DNA from: Mobula hypostoma
Lineage: Eukaryota
Direction: 5' to 3'
DNA length: 64,000 bases
Assembly (NCBI RefSeq): GCF_963921235.1
Contig: NC_086099.1
Span: 87,296,001 to 87,360,000 of the forward strand
Shown: positions 1 through 10,785 of the stretch, piece after piece
Numbering within the stretch: position 1 is the first letter of the stretch
Layout of the letters: every line of letters begins with the position of its first letter
Notes under the pieces: generated by a model
Databases searched by the model: none
Seen by the model: the letters and a program-made list of their open reading frames with translations, nothing else
What the model was told of the DNA's origin: nothing
Program-made: the position numbers and the translations under genes

Positions 1-183
1 CCTCAAAATGCCCATTTTCAATCTCATCTTTGACTACTTCACTCAAATCTTCTCATCCAAATGTAGGACTTTGGGGAAATTTAACACGCTTATTGCCAAG
101 TTAAAAAATGATCCCACAATGTAGTGGCCAAAGCATCACATCTATTTGACCTATATCTGCATGTATAATAGCATCAGGGTAGG

Positions 184-480
184 GGGAGGCATGGTATCAT
201 AGTGGCTAGCGGAATCGCTTTACAGTACCAGCAATCATCGATCGGGGTTCTATTCCTGCTATTGTCTGTAAGGAATTTATACGTTTTCCCTGTGACCACA
301 TGGCTTTCCTCCAGATGCTCTGGTTTTCTCCCACATTCCAAAGTCGTACCAGTTCGGGTTAGTAAACTGGGGGCATGCAATAGCATGCTGATGCTTGCAG
401 GCTACTCCAACACAACCATAATGCAAATGACACATCTCATTATATGTTTCAAGGTACGCGTGACAAATCAAACTAATCTC
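184..480 (+). mobile_element. tRNA-derived V-SINE (HE1-like)
   Basis: tRNA-like head (tagtggctagc ... ggggttctattcc) followed by a V-SINE-like core (catggctttcctccagatgctctggttttctcccacattccaaag). Related copies at about 3790-4040(-), 50140-50400(-), 57765-57980(+) and 60666-60975(+). Confidence 0.7.
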
Positions 481-624
481 CTTCTAAGTTTTTTCACTTC
501 TACGGTGTGACAATGTATACTCATACAACAAACAAATGATTCAAGAACATATTGAACTCATTCATATCAATCAAATATCTTTCCCAAAATTTGTCTCCAA
601 TTTACCTTTGAAAACTATACTTAC

Positions 625-740
625 ATGGTCAAAAGTTCCTTCAGTCTTCCAGATATAGAGAAGTCAAATGCTTCCCCTGCTTTTGTGAACTGAACAGGTT
701 CATCCACTTTCCCTCCCTCATATACACCAAGAACCAGGCC
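625..740 (-). CDS. LAP3: cytosol aminopeptidase (leucine aminopeptidase 3), exon 2
   Basis: 116-nt exon between tag| acceptor (741-742) and |gtaagt donor (623-624). Translates GLVLGVYEGGKVDEPVQFTKAGEAFDFSISGRLKELLT, matching human LAP3 GLVLGIYSKEKEDDVPQFTSAGENFDKLLAGKLRETLN. Later exons are beyond the left edge. Confidence 0.95.
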
Positions 741-1083
741 CTACAGAAAAATGACATCAAGAAAAAATATTAAACACAATATACTTCAAAAGCTGCTTTA
801 ATGGATTTGTTTTGCCTCAATTATATGTAAATTAAAATTTTCAACATAAACTCAAAAAATTCTGCAGATGCTGGAAATCTTGAACAATGCACACAAAATG
901 CTGGAGAAACCCAGCACGTCAGACAGCATCCATGGAGGGGAATAAACAGTCAACATTTCAGGCACATCAGTCACAGTCACATTGTGTGAGTTGCTGCTTC
1001 ATACACGTTACATGCTCCACTATTAATATGTACATTTTGTCCAACATTGTGAGAAAATCCTAAAAACTATTCCCTCAGTATTT

Positions 1084-2562
1084 AAAAACGCAATCAACAG
1101 GAATTCTGCAGATGCTGGAAATTCAAGCAACACACATAAAAGTTGCTGGTGAACGCAGCAGGCCAGGCAGCATCTGTAGGAAGAGGTGCAGTCGACGTTT
1201 CAGGCCGAGACCCTTCGTCAGGACTAACTGAAGGAAGAGTGAGTAAGGGATATGAAAGTTGGAGGGGGAGGGGGAGATCCAAAATGATAGGAGAAGACAG
1301 GAGGGGGAAGGATGGAGCCAAGAGCTGGACAGGTGATAGGCAAAAGGGATACGAGAGGATCATGGGACAGGAGGTCCGGGAAGAAAGACAAGGGGGGGGG
1401 GACCCAGAGGATGGGCAAGGGGTATATTCAGAGGGACAGAGGGAGAAAAAGGAGAGTGAGAGAAAGAATGTGTGTATAAAAATAAGTAACAGATGGGGTA
1501 CGAGGGGGAGGTGGGGCATATGCGGAAGTTAGAGAAGTCGATGTTCATGCCATCAGGTTGGAGGCTACCCAGACGGAATATAAGGTGTTGTTCCTCCAAC
1601 CCGAGTGTGGCTTCATCTTTACAGTAGAGGAGGCCGTGGATAGACATGTCAGAATGGGAATGGGATGTGGATTTAAAATGTGTGGCCAGTGGGAGATCCT
1701 GCTTTCTCTGGCGGACAGAGCGTAGGTGTTCAGCAAAGCGGTCTCCCAGTCTGCATCGGGTCTCACCAATATATAAAAGGCCACATCGGGAGCACCAGAC
1801 GCAGTATATCACCCCAGCCGACTCACAGGTGAAGTGTTGCCTTACCTGGAAGGACTGTTTGGGGCCCTGAATGGTGGTAAGGGAGGAAGTGTAAGGGCAT
1901 GTGTAGCACTTGTTCCACTTACACGGATAAGTGTCAGGAGGGAGATCAGTGGGGAAGGATGGGGTGGACGAATGGACAAGGGAGTTGTGTAGGGAGCGAT
2001 CCCTGCGGAATGCAGAGGGGGGGGAGGGAAAGATGTGCTTAGTGGTGGGATCCCGTTGGAGGCGGCGGAAGTTACGGAGAATAATATGTTGGACCCAGAG
2101 GCTGGTGGGGTGGTAGGTGAGGACCAGGGGAACCCTATTCCTAGTGGGGTGGTGGGAGGATGGAGTGAGAGCAGATGTACGTGAAATGGGGGAGATGCGT
2201 TTAAGAGCAGAGTTGATAGTGGAGGAAGGGAAGCCCCTTTCTTTAAAAAAGGAAGACATCTCCCTCGTCCTAGAATGAAAAGCCTCATCCTGAGAGAAGA
2301 TGCGGCGGAGACGGAGGAATTGCGAGAAGGGGATGACAGGGTGAGAAGAGGAATAGTCCAGATAGCTGTGAGTCAGTAGGCTTATAGTAGACATCAACAG
2401 ATAAGCTGTCTCCAGAGACAGAGACAGAAAGATCTAGAAAGGGGAGGGAGGTGTCGAAAATGGACCAGGTAAACTTGAGGGCAGGGTGAAAGTTGGAGGC
2501 AAAGTTAATAAAGTCAACGAGCTCTGCATGCGTGCAGGAAGCAGCGCCAATGCAGTCGTCAG
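1084..2562 (-). mobile_element. Penelope-like retroelement, 5'-truncated (RT C-terminus/thumb + GIY-YIG endonuclease + terminal repeat)
   Basis: ORF 1360-2397 contains CESAGVIYCVWCSRCGLLYIGETRCRLGDRFAEH (GIY-YIG). ORF 2285-2761 contains DDCIGAAS...PFLDLSV...VYYKPTDS. 12-bp TSD ccctcagtattt at 1072-1083 and 2563-2574. Confidence 0.92.
1189..1230 (-). ncRNA. minimal type I hammerhead ribozyme (Penelope terminal repeat), sense within LAP3 intron 1
   Basis: Minus strand reads agtc-CTGACGA-agggtctcggcct-GAAA-CG-TC-gact: intact core, stem I agtc/gact, stem II, palindromic ACGT stem III. Confidence 0.8.
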
Positions 2563-3099
2563 CCCTCAGTATTTGCTGCCTTTTGTTCTCTCTCTGCTCC
2601 TCAATCACTGAATCGCGATCTTGATTTTCACATCTAACACTAACTTTTACAATAGTAAAACTCTGACAATGACTTAACCAATTGCTCGGAAATCCTGATG
2701 ATTTGGCATCTGGTTGACTTACTAGCTCAGAATGTGTCACAGTCCAGAGCACAAGCACCATTTGGAGCCAGTGCTGAGAGTCTGGAGTGTAGATGGCGTC
2801 TGGTCAGTGGCTAGGTGCATGGCAAAGTTGGCATCAGCTCTAAAACACCAGGGGTCAGGAACAAATAGATATGCTACAGGAGCCAGGATCCGGAGTGCTG
2901 TGCACTCTCTTTAAACTCAACAAGTTCACTGGTAAATTTACTGCACTACTGTGTTTCTTGTAGCAGGAAGTGAAAGCAAAGTATATTGTGTATTAATAGA
3001 GTTAAGATACAGTAGTCCAGAAATTTGGGCTGACCACTCAAGTCCCAGGGATACTACATTATCACTTTTACTGCACTGCCTTTAATCATCCTGCAAACA

Positions 3100-3720
3100 T
3101 GTAATAATGCAGCCACACCACCAACATGAAGTACTCCCAAGAGGCTGGTCATGGCGCACATCAACTCCAGCCTCCCACACAAGCTCAACCTACAGTAATT
3201 TGCCTACTGCCAAAACAGGTCTCCAGCAAGTATCATCTCCCTGGCCAATTAGTTATGTAGAAGTTAAAAAAGGAAGTCCATGGGAATGTCAGGCAAAGGT
3301 AGTGAAAACAAACATGGGAGATATTAAAAGGGTACGTCCGTAGAAAGAATATCTCAGGTAAGAGAACAAAAAACTTTGTAACCCTCACAAGTAGTTCAGG
3401 ATCAAAGGTAAGCTGGGCTAGAAAGCATTGAAGATACATTTTGCAGAGACAGAATGCATGGATGAAAACCGAGATAAACACTTTTGTATCTGTCTTCACT
3501 GGAGAGATGCCATTGTCTCAGTAACATTAATGAAGTTCACAGAGATAATACTGGATATGTAATTTGAAAATAAGGTTAGCAGTGATATGTCACGTGGTTC
3601 GGAGCGCGAGTACCTAAAATTAATGAGGGAATTTAAGAGTGTATTTAATGGAAAATCTCGACAAATTTCCAATGCATTTTAGTTACCGGCATCTTTAAAA
3701 ATGTGAAAATGAGGGGCATT
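3100..3720 (+). mobile_element. degenerate LINE fragments (Rex1-like, then CR1-like)
   Basis: atgaagtactcccaagaggctggtcatggc...taatttgcctactgccaaaacaggtc resembles Rex1 RT. The downstream aaacacttttgtatctgtcttcact resembles the CR1 ORF2 linker. Confidence 0.5.
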
Positions 3721-4405
3721 GGGAAGAATAGATAATACTAGAACTGTAAAAGAAAGCAATTCAAGTAAAGTAAGCTTGATCAAACCTCATGCTGAAGAAG
3801 AGATTAGCTTTATTTGTCACATGCTCGTCAAAATTTCCAAACTTATAGTCAAATGTGTTGTTTGCAAAAACAACCAAGACAGTCTAAGGATGTGCTGGGG
3901 GCAGCCCACAAGTGTTGCCATGCTTCCAGTGCCATCACAGCATGCTGACAACATACTAACACCAACCAATACATCCTTGGAATGTGGGAGGAAACCCATG
4001 CCATCATGCGGAGACCATACAAATTCCTCACAGACAACAGCAGAAGCCTCCACCTGCCCCCTCCCCCCTTGGAAATTAATGGTCAGGCTGTGTCAGCAGT
4101 CAAGTTGTTCATACTCCTGGGGACTACCATTACTAACATATTGAAGTGGGACAAGCACGTTCCACTCATCACTAGGAAGGCCCAGCAGTGATTGTTCTTC
4201 CTACGTCAGCTATGGAAACCAATCATCTCAGGGCGTATTCTGATGAATTTTCACTCAGTCATCATTGAGTGTTGTGACCACGTCTATCACTGGTTTCCCA
4301 CTGCCTCCGCCCGCTACAAGTTCAGGTTGCAGTGAATGGTCCACTCAGTGGAGAAAATCATTGGCTGTCAGCTACCGACACTAAAAAAAAATGTGTTCAT
4401 CAACA

Positions 4406-5422
4406 GAGTTGCGAGAAGGGGATGGCATTTTTGCAAGAGACAGGGCGAGAAGAGGAATAGTCCAGATAGCTGTGAGAGTCAGTAGGCTAATAGTAGACAT
4501 CAGTAGTTTCCCACCACTAAGCACATCTTTCCCTCTCCCCCCTCTGCTTTCCGCAGGGATCGCTCCCTAAGCCACTCCCTTGTCCATTCGTCCCCCCCAT
4601 CCCTCCCCACTGATCTCCCTCCTGGCACTTATCCTTGTAAGTGGAACAAGTGCTACACATGCCCTTAAACTTCCTCCCTTACCACCATTCAGGGCCCCAG
4701 ACAGTCCTTCCAGGTGAGGCAACACTTCACCTGTGAGTCAGCTGGGGTGATATACTGCGTCCGGTGCTCCTGATGTGGCCTTCTATATATCGGCGAGACC
4801 CGGCACAGACTGGGAGATCGTTTTGCTGAACACCTGCACCCTGTCCGCCAGAGAAAGCAGGATCTCCCAGTGGCCACATATTTTAATTCCATATCCCATT
4901 CCCATTCTGACATGTCTATCCACGGCCTCCTCTACTGTAAAGATGAAGCCACACTCAGGTTGGAGGAACAACACCTTATATTCCACCTGGGTAGCCTCCA
5001 ACCTGATGGCATGAACATTGACTTCTCTAACTTCCGCTAATGCTCCACCTCCCCCTCGTACCCCATCCATTATTTATTTATATACACACATTCTTTCTCT
5101 CGCTCCTTTTTCTCCCTCTGTCCCTCTGACTATACCCCTTGCCCATCCTCTGGGTCCCCCCCCCTCCCTTTTCCTTCTTCCCGGACCTCCTGTCCCATGA
5201 TCCTCTCGTATCCCTTTTGCCTATCACCTGTCCAGCTCTTGGCTCCATCCCTCCCCCTCCTGTCTTCTCCTATCATTTTGGATCTCCCCCTCCCCCTCTC
5301 AAATCTCTTACTAGCTCTTCCTTCAGTTAGTCCTGACGAAGGGTCTCGGCCTGAAACGTCGACTGTACCTCTTCCTACAGATGCTGCCTGGCCTGCTGCG
5401 TTCACCAGCAACTTTGATGTGT
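4406..5422 (+). mobile_element. Penelope-like element with an inverted 5' segment
   Basis: About 4509-5422 is the reverse complement of about 1130-2050 (GIY-YIG + terminal repeat). 4406-4506 is an antisense piece from further 5' in the element, matching 2320-2400 in the same orientation. Confidence 0.9.
5324..5365 (+). ncRNA. minimal hammerhead ribozyme
   Basis: agtc CTGACGA agggtctcggcct GAAA CG TC gact. Predicted cleavage after C5360. Confidence 0.8.
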
Positions 5423-5872
5423 ATTGCGGAAATTGTTTAGGCTCCAGTTGAGAATCTGCCTCAATCCCAGACAACACAGAAATAACAGCTAGGGCTTCCC
5501 CATTAAAGCACAGGCTCAAGATTTTTTTTTCCAAAAGAACTTTGTCGGTATAAAATAACATTACAAAACAATCCCGGTGATAGAATCTCTAAATCATCCG
5601 GAGATTTAAGTAGTTTATCTGAAAGAGACAACTGTCCCATTTTGTGTGACTGGATGCAGTGAAGGGGCGAGATAGGACGTTCTGCAGAGACAATTACCAG
5701 GCTCCGAGGAAAGAGCGGGGATTAATTTCAGAGCCAGTGGGATTCTCCTTCACCTCGGGGAGACACCAGAAGGACCAACTATCGGCCAGACACTAACGAC
5801 CCCGCGACCCACCCATTCCTCCGACCCGAAGCACATGGTAAAGTCCGAGCCGCCCCGCCTTGCTCACTGCAC

Positions 5873-5974
5873 CTTGGAGCCGCTATTAGACCGGCAGAAA
5901 CGCAGCGAGTTCCAGCCCAAACCAGCCCGCAAGAGGGAGCGGAACGGCACCTTGCCGCAGACAGCTAGTGACAT
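5873..5974 (-). CDS. LAP3: LAP3 exon 1 (mitochondrial-presequence-like N-terminus)
   Basis: ATG at 5974 with an in-frame TAG 33 nt upstream. The 102 nt encode MSLAVCGKVPFRSLLRAGLGWNSLRFCRSNSGSK (Arg/Ser/Leu-rich, no acidic residues). AAG|gtgcag phase-0 donor joins exon 2 in frame. 34 codons, the same number as precede GLVLG in human LAP3. CpG-rich context. Confidence 0.88.
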
Positions 5975-6030
5975 CTTCAAACGGCAAAGGAGGGAATAGA
6001 TTCGCTATGAACTCGCAACGGGCAGCTGAC

Positions 6031-6205
6031 GCTAACACCGCGGCTTCTCCACTCCCCGAACAGCGCTCCCGACCACCAGCCGACGCTATTACCGCGGCTT
6101 CTCCACTCCCTGAACAGCGCTCCCGACGACCAGCCGACGCTATTACGGCGGCTTCTCCACTCCCTGAACAGCGCTCCCGACGTCCAGCCGACGCTATTAC
6201 CGCGG
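6031..6205. repeat. 54-bp minisatellite, proximal block (3 units + partial)
   Basis: Units start at 6031, 6085, 6139 and 6193 (gctattaccgcggcttctccactccctgaacagcgctcccgacgaccagccgac). Confidence 0.97.
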
Positions 6206-6300
6206 ACAACCGGAATTCTGCAGATGCTGGAAATTCAATCAACACACATAAAAGTTGCTGGTGAACGCAGCAGGCCAAGCAGCATCTATAGGAAGAGGTG

Positions 6301-6342
6301 CAGTCGACGTTTCAGGCCGAGACCCTTCGTCAGGGCTAACTG
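6301..6342 (-). ncRNA. minimal hammerhead ribozyme (left arm of fold-back)
   Basis: Minus strand reads agcc-CTGACGA-agggtctcggcct-GAAA-CGTC-gact. Core intact, one stem I mismatch. Confidence 0.7.
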
Positions 6343-7613
6343 AAGGAAGAGTGAGTAAGGGATTTGAAAGTTGGAGGGGGAGGGGGAGGGGGAGATCCAA
6401 AATGATAGGAGAAGACAGGAGGGGGAGGGATAGAGCCGAGAGCTAGACAGGTGATAGGCAAAAGGGATATGAGAGGATCATGGGACAGGAGGTCCGGGAA
6501 GAAGGAAAAGGGAGGGGGGGACCCAGAGGATGGGCAAGAGGTATATTCAGAGGGACAGAGGGAGAAAAAGGAGAGTGAGAGAAAGAATGTGTGCATAAAA
6601 ATAAGTAACAGATGGGGTACGAGGGGGAGGTGGGGCCTAGCGGAAGTTAGAGAAGTCGATGTTCATGCCAGCAACGGAATATAAGGTGTTTTTCCTCCAA
6701 CCTGAGTGTGACTTCATCTTTACAGTAGAGGAGGCCGTGGATAGACATGTCAGAATGGGAATGGGATGTGGAATTAAAATGTGTGGCCACTGGGAGATCC
6801 TGCTTTCTCTGGCGGACAGAGCGTAGATGTTCAGCAAAGCGGTCTCCCAGTCTGCGTCGGGTCTCGCCAATATATAAAAGGCTACATCGGGAGCACTGGA
6901 CGCAGTATATCACCTCAGTCGACTCACAGGTGAAGTGTTGCTACACATGCCCTTACACTTCCTCCCTTACCACCATTCAGGGCCCCAAACAGTCCTTCCA
7001 GGTGAGGCAACACTTCACCTGTGAGTCGACTGGGGTGATATACTGCATCTGGTGCTCCCGTTGTGGCCTTTTATATATTTGCGAGACCCGACGCAGACTG
7101 GGAGACCGCTTTGCTGAACACCTACGCTCTGTCCGCCAGAGAAAGCAGGATCTCCCAGTGGCCACACATTTTAATTCCACATCCCATTCCCATTCTGACA
7201 TGTCTATCCACGGCCTCCTCTACTGTAAAGATGAAGCCACACTCAGGTTGGAGGAACAACACCTTATATTCCGTCTGGGTAGCCTCCAACCTGATGGCAT
7301 GAACATCGACTTCTCTAACTTACGCTATGCCCCACCTCCCCCTCGTACCCCATCTGTTACTTATTTTTATGCACATATTCTTTCTCTCACTCTCCTTTTT
7401 CTCCCTCTGTCCCTCTGAATATACCTCTTGCCCATCCTCTGGGTCACCCCCCCCCCGTCTTTCTTCCCGGACCTCCTGTCCCATGATCCTCTCGTATCCC
7501 CTTTTGCCTATCACCTGTCCAGCTCTCGGCTCTATCCCTCCCCCTCCTGTCTTCTCCTATCATTTTGGATCTCCCCCCCCTCCCACTTTCAAATCTCTTA
7601 CTCACTCTTCCTT

Positions 7614-7655
7614 CAGTTAGTCCTGACGAAGGGTCTCGGCCTGAAACGTTGACTG
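7614..7655 (+). ncRNA. minimal hammerhead ribozyme (right arm of fold-back)
   Basis: agtc CTGACGA agggtctcggcct GAAA CG TT gact (GUU cleavage triplet). Confidence 0.75.
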
Positions 7656-7715
7656 CGTCTCTTCCTATAGATGCTGCTTGGCCTGCTGCGTTCACCAGCA
7701 ACTTTTATGTGTGTT

Positions 7716-8515
7716 GCTATTACCGCGGCTTCTCCACTCCCTGAACAGCGCTCCTGTCGACCAGCCGACGCTATTACCGCGGGTTCTCCACTCCCTGAAC
7801 AGCGCTCCTGTCGACCAGCCGACGCTATTACCGCGGGTTCTCCACTCCCTGAACAGCGCTCCTGTCGACCAGCCGACGCTATTACCGCGGCTTCTCCACT
7901 CCCTGAACAGCGCTCCTGTCGACCAGCCGACGCTATTACCGCGGGTTCTCCACTCCCTGAACAGCGCTCCCGACGTCCAGCCGACGCTATTACCGCGGCT
8001 TCTCCACTCCCTGAACAGCGCTCCTGTCGACCAGCCGACGCTATTACCGCGGCTTCTCCACTCCCTGAACAGCGCTCCTGTCGACCAGCCGACGCTATTA
8101 CCGCGGCTTCTCCACTCCCTGAACAGCGCTCCTGTCGACCAGCCGACGCTATTACCGCGGCTTCTCCACTCCCTGAACAGCGCTCCTGTCGACCAGCCGA
8201 CGCTATTACCGCGGGTTCTCCACTCCCTGAACAGCGCTCCTGTCGACCAGCCGACGCTATTACCGCGGCTTCTCCACTCCCTGAACAGCGCTCCTGTCGA
8301 CCAGCCGACGCTATTACCGCGGCTTCTCCACTCCCTGAACAGCGCTCCTGTCGACCAGCCGACGCTATTACCGCGGCTTCTCCACTCCCTGAACAGCGCT
8401 CCTGTCGACCAGCCGACGCTATTACCGCGGCTTCTCCACTCCCTGAACAGCGCTCCTGTCGACCAGCCGACGCTATTACCGCGGGTTCTTGACTCCCCGA
8501 CCAGCGCTCCCGACA
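7716..8515. repeat. 54-bp minisatellite, distal block (14 full units + 1 degenerate)
   Basis: Exact 54-bp period from 7716 to 8472. Variants ggct/gggt and cctgtcga/cccgacgt. It explains the repetitive ORFs 7613-8659, 7671-8492 and 7678-8523. Confidence 0.98.
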
Positions 8516-8647
8516 GATATTGACCTCAGTGATCTGGAGGAAGGAACTAATGGCATTAGAGGCAAATTTGTAAACGATACAAAGTAAGTTGAGGAACACG
8601 TAGAATTGCGGAGGTAGGGAACTGCAGAAGAACATGTTAAAATAAGT

Positions 8648-10785
8648 CCATAATACCATAAGACATAAGAGCAGAATTAGGCCATGAGGCCCACTGAGTC
8701 TGCTTCAATCATGGCTGATCCTTTTATCCCCTCCTCAGTCCCACTTCCTGGCCTTCACCCCATAAACTTTGATGCCATGTCCAATCAAGAAGCTATCAAG
8801 ATCTGCCTTAAATACACCTAACGACCTGGCCTCCACAGCTGCCCATGGTAATAAATTCCACAAGTGCATGACCATGCATTTTCCAACATTTGGCACTCTC
8901 TTGCCCATTCTCCGAATCTGCCTAAGTCCTTCTGCAGCCTACCTGTTTCCTCGACACTACCTGCCCCTCTACCAATCTTTGTATCATCTGCAAACTTGGC
9001 AACAAAGCCATCTATTCCATCATCTTGATCATTTATATACAGCATAGAAAGAAATGGCCCCAACATCGACCCCTGCGAAACACTACTAGTCACTGGCAGC
9101 CAACCAGACAAGGATCCTTTTATTCCCTCTCACTGCCTCCTACCAATCAGCCAATGCTCTAACCATGCCAGTAATTTTCCTGTAATACCATCGGCTCTTG
9201 ATAAGCAGCCTCCTATGGGGAACCTTGTCCAAGGCCTTCTGAAAGTCCAGATATACTTCCCTCACAGCCTTCAACATCTGGCACACTGCTCGTGTTTTTC
9301 ACAGTAAAGACTGATGGAAAATACTCCATTTAGTTCACTTGCCATCTCCTTGTCCCCTGTTATTATTTCTCCCTCATTTTCTAGCGGTCCTATATCCACT
9401 CTCATCTCTCTTTTATTTTTTCAAACTTGAAAAAGCTTTTATTATTCACTTTGATATTGCTTGCTAGCTTGCTTCCATATTCATCTTTTCCCTACTAATC
9501 ATTCTTTTAGTTGCTCTCTGTAAGTTTTTAAAAGCTTCCCAATCCTCTGTCTTCCCACTGGTTTTTGCTTTATTGTATGCCCTCTTGTATGCTTTTACAT
9601 TAGCTTTGACTTCCCTTGTCTGCCATGGTTGCACTATTTTGCCATTTGAGTATTTCTTTGTTGTTAGAATACGTTTATCCTGCACCTTCCTCATTTTTTT
9701 TCCAGAAACTCACACTGTTGCTGCTCTGCTGTAATCCCTGCCAGCCTCTCCTTCCAATTTACTTTGGCCAACTCCTCTCTCGTACCACAATTATTTCCTT
9801 TACCCCACTGAAATACTGCTATTCAGACTTTACTTTCTCCTTATCAAGTTTCAAGTTGAACTCAGTCATATTATGATCACTGTCTCCTGAGGGATATTTT
9901 ACCTCAAACTTCCTAATTGCCTGTGGTTCATTACATAACACCCAATCCATATCCCCTAGTAGGCTCAATGACAAGCTGCTCTAAAAAGCCATCTCTTCGG
10001 CATTCAACAAACTTAATCTCTTGAGATCCATTATCAACCTGATTTTCCCAATCGACCTGCGTGTTGAAATCTCCCATGATTATCATAACATTGCCTTTCG
10101 ACACACCTTTTCTATTTCTCATTGTAATCTGAGATCCACATGCCAGCTATTGTTGGAAGGCCTGTACTGTATATAACTGCCATCAGGGTCCTTTTACTGT
10201 TGTAGTTTCTTAACTCAGCCCTCAGGGATTCAACATCTTCCATCTTTCCACTGATTTGATGCCATTCTTTACCAGCAGAACCACACTCCCCTCTGCCTAC
10301 CTTCCTATCCCTTTGATACAACATGTAACCTTGAACATTCAGCTCCCAACTACAATCATCCTTCAGCCATGTTTCAGTGATGGCCACAACATCATACCTG
10401 ACAATGCATAATAGTGCATCAAGATATTTCTCCTTATTTCTTATACTCCGTGCATTGAGATGTAACACTTTGAGTACTATATTTGCTACCTATTTTGATT
10501 CTGCAACCCTAATGCACTGCTACTCACAGCAATTTTGTCCTGTCATATACCCACCCTTCCTGACAGTCTTACTGCACACTATCTTTGCTTTTTTACCAAC
10601 CATTCCATCCTGAGTCACTCCAGCTCCTACACCCCCCCCCCGCCAAATTAGTTTAAACCCTCCCCAACAACTCTAACAAACCTGCCCACGAGGATGTAGG
10701 TCCCCCTCGGGTTCAGGTGCAACCTGTCCCTTTTGTACAGGTCATACCTCCCCCAGAAGAGATCCCAATGATCCAAGAACCCAAA
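8648..10785 (-). mobile_element. CR1 LINE, internally deleted (ORF1 esterase end, APE endonuclease, RT, 3' tail)
   Basis: Minus ORFs: HLNARSIRNK...AITETWL and IIMGDFN (APE); VTSSVSQGSMLGP...FADDTKIG (RT); WDLFWGRYDLYKRDRLHLNP (esterase). Tail cttatgtcttatgg at about 8650. Confidence 0.88.

Larger units (their letters stand above)
5700..6205 (-). promoter_or_regulatory. CpG-rich LAP3 promoter / first-exon region
   Basis: Sharp rise in GC and CpG content around exon 1, against a CpG-depleted background. Confidence 0.6.
6206..7715. mobile_element. fold-back (inverted) Penelope-like insertion
   Basis: 6206-6941 is minus-sense and about 6939-7715 is plus-sense. Arms 6241-6941 and 7007-7715 are reverse complements around a 65-nt loop. 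Flanked by (gct)attaccgcgg at 6193-6205 and 7716-7728. Confidence 0.93.

Noticed and set aside
6747-7418. 223-aa ORF with GIY-YIG domain as a novel gene
   Set aside because: Chimeric reading across the fold-back junction (antisense arm fused to sense arm); no independent gene signals.
7716-7732. attaccgcggct resembles the universal SSU rRNA 518r/519r primer site
   Set aside because: Only about 12 nt match and the flanks are unrelated to rRNA; likely coincidence.
7730-7753. Possible REST/RE1 site in each repeat unit
   Set aside because: The left half-site is poor (ttctccact vs TTCAGCACC) and the spacing is non-canonical.
7716-8515. CRISPR-like array
   Set aside because: Units are contiguous 54-bp tandem repeats with no unique spacers, no cas genes and a vertebrate context.
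7613-8659. Long repetitive ORFs on both strands (273-348 aa)
   Set aside because: By-product of a 54-bp unit (multiple of 3) with stop-free frames. The corresponding proximal ORF (5886-6278) is out of frame with LAP3, and a stop precedes the LAP3 ATG.
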